Of a stretch of DNA of 11,418 nucleotides, positions 10,351-11,418 are shown piece by piece. A program made the translations under genes and the position numbers. Every line of letters starts with the position of its first letter. The stretch's first letter is position 1. The notes below the pieces were generated by a model. That model was given only the letters and a program-made list of their open reading frames with translations, ran no database searches and had not been told where the DNA came from. Source of the DNA: Paraspadella gotoi (taxonomy: Eukaryota > Animalia > Chaetognatha); the NCBI GenBank assembly GCA_051294375.1, contig CM119266.1, positions 23,043,719-23,055,136 on the forward strand, in the 5' to 3' direction.

Positions 10351-10503
10351 TCATGGCTTCACCAGGAGGCCTACAAAGAGATTCGCTTGCAGCAAGTGTC
10401 TCGACAGGGACGCCTGGCGGGCCGCCGCAACTAGGACAAGCGGATCTGTGCCCAACGAACGATCTCGACGCAACTCGTCGCGATTCGCAGTCACCGAATC
10501 CAT
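10351..10503 (-). CDS. Candidate 50-aa small ORF (hypothetical)
   Basis: First ATG after the candidate acceptor, in the context GGG-ATG-G. Reads MDSVTANRDELRRDRSLGTDPLVLVAAARQASLSRHLLQANLFVGLLVKP then TGA. No homology established. Confidence 0.15.
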   Translation of the reverse strand: MDSVTANRDELRRDRSLGTDPLVLVAAARQASLSRHLLQANLFVGLLVKP

Positions 10504-10551
10504 CCCCGATTCCTCCGCCCAAACAGACGGCGAGATCACCACAACGGCGCG

Positions 10552-10664
10552 CTAAAGCGAAGGAAGATGGGAGGAAGAGGAATGATGAATCATCACATGG
10601 CAGTTCGTTACTATAATTTAGAAATACCACTCTTCCCAATCGAATCCTGTCAATTTTCACTTAC
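10552..10664 (-). other. Candidate 113-nt GT-AG spliceosomal intron
   Basis: Minus strand: ACG|GTAAGT donor at 10664, branch-like TAAC/TGAT motifs, about 58 nt free of AG, and a pyrimidine tract TTCCTCTTCCTCCCATCTTCCTTCGCTTTAG|C ending at 10552. Confidence 0.35.
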
Positions 10665-10773
10665 CGTCTGCGCGCTTGGACTTTCTCACGTTTTTTTTTT
10701 CTTCTTCTCCTTCGGTTTATTGTTTCCGCTGATTCAGCGACACGTTTTCCATCCCTTTTCATTTTCTATCTCG

Positions 10774-10783
10774 ACTCCGCCCC
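10774..10783 (-). promoter_or_regulatory. GC box (GGGGCGGAGT)
   Basis: Matches the Sp1-type consensus. Motif match only. Confidence 0.3.
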
Positions 10784-11026
10784 TTCTCAGTCCTCACACA
10801 TTCTTCCTCAGTCCTCACAGCTCACACCTTAGGTCTCACTGCTCGATCTTCACTCCTCAGTCCTCACGTCTCGCTTTAAACTCGTTTCACAACACTGCGT
10901 CGTTCCCCTGGCAGTTCTCCCCATACTCCTTAATCCACATCAATCGCTACTTAACCATCGCTCTTCACACATTTCACTAAACACTCACCAATCCTCACAA
11001 CTCATCCCTCACACCTCACAACTCAC
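10784..11026. repeat. Degenerate 7-bp repeat (NNCTCAS, consensus TCCTCAC/G) in two blocks
   Basis: 13 phased units at 10784-10874, including CTCAGTCCTCAC x3 spaced 21 and 49 bp, plus 5 units at 10992-11026. Confidence 0.8.
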
Positions 11027-11171
11027 TCTAGCTCCTCCGGTTTCTCATTCGATTTTCCTATGGGTTTCAACTTTCAGAGGAGGAAGTTCTACGTATCATT
11101 TCTCCCTCTAATTCCCACTCAGTGGATCAGTCTGTCTGTTCACGGCGAGCTCAGTGTTTAGTGTTCACTGT

Positions 11172-11281
11172 GAGAGAGAGAGAGAGAGAGAAAGGAGAGA
11201 GAGAGAAGAAAGTGTAGAAGAGAGAGAAGAAGAGGAGAGGAGGAAGGGAAAAAGGGGGAGAGAAGAGAGAGAGAGAGAGAG
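11172..11281. repeat. (GA)10 plus degenerate GA-rich polypurine tract
   Basis: Perfect (GA)10 at 11172-11191, then interrupted GA/GAA/GGA runs. Confidence 0.92.
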
Positions 11282-11313
11282 GAAAATGATCGGTTGGCGT
11301 TTTTGTCAACTTG

Positions 11314-11331
11314 ATCGATCACGTGATCGAT
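11314..11331. promoter_or_regulatory. Perfect 18-bp palindrome ATCGATCACGTGATCGAT with central E-box
   Basis: The sequence equals its own reverse complement, with core TCACGTGA. The palindrome is certain; a regulatory role is inferred. Confidence 0.5.
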
Positions 11332-11418
11332 TGTGCGATCGACTTCGAATCTTAATATCTCAATCGACGAATTCCCCGATTATTAGGAACAGGAGAAACA
11401 AAAATTTCTCCTTCTCGT

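Noticed and set aside
10331-10555. KRFACSKC resembling the start of a C2H2 zinc finger
   Set aside because: No His pair or second Cys pair follows at the required spacing.
10567-10980. 137-aa ORF
   Set aside because: F/S/H/P-rich translation of the T-rich tract and heptamer array.

Overview
This is eukaryotic, apparently non-coding DNA (intergenic or a large intron) from a gapped draft assembly, with five N gaps totalling 2,210 nt (~19%). I found no recognisable protein-coding gene, RNA gene, transposase/RT or CRISPR array. The long ORF-track entries are artefacts of N runs or (CT)/(AG) microsatellites. AT-rich stretches alternate with CpG-rich islets and many GA/CT, GTC, GCC and heptamer simple repeats. 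CpG is not visibly depleted, which fits a low-methylation genome such as an invertebrate (inference only). The best lead is a candidate minus-strand spliced unit: a 113-nt GT-AG intron (10552-10664) followed by a 50-codon sORF, with a GC box, a phased heptamer array, GAGA arrays and a perfect 18-bp E-box palindrome upstream. Other leads are a 14-bp direct repeat resembling a target-site duplication (TSD), a 10-bp-phased GC motif array and three G-quadruplex-compatible tracts. I cannot support a claim of a new biological system from this sequence alone.
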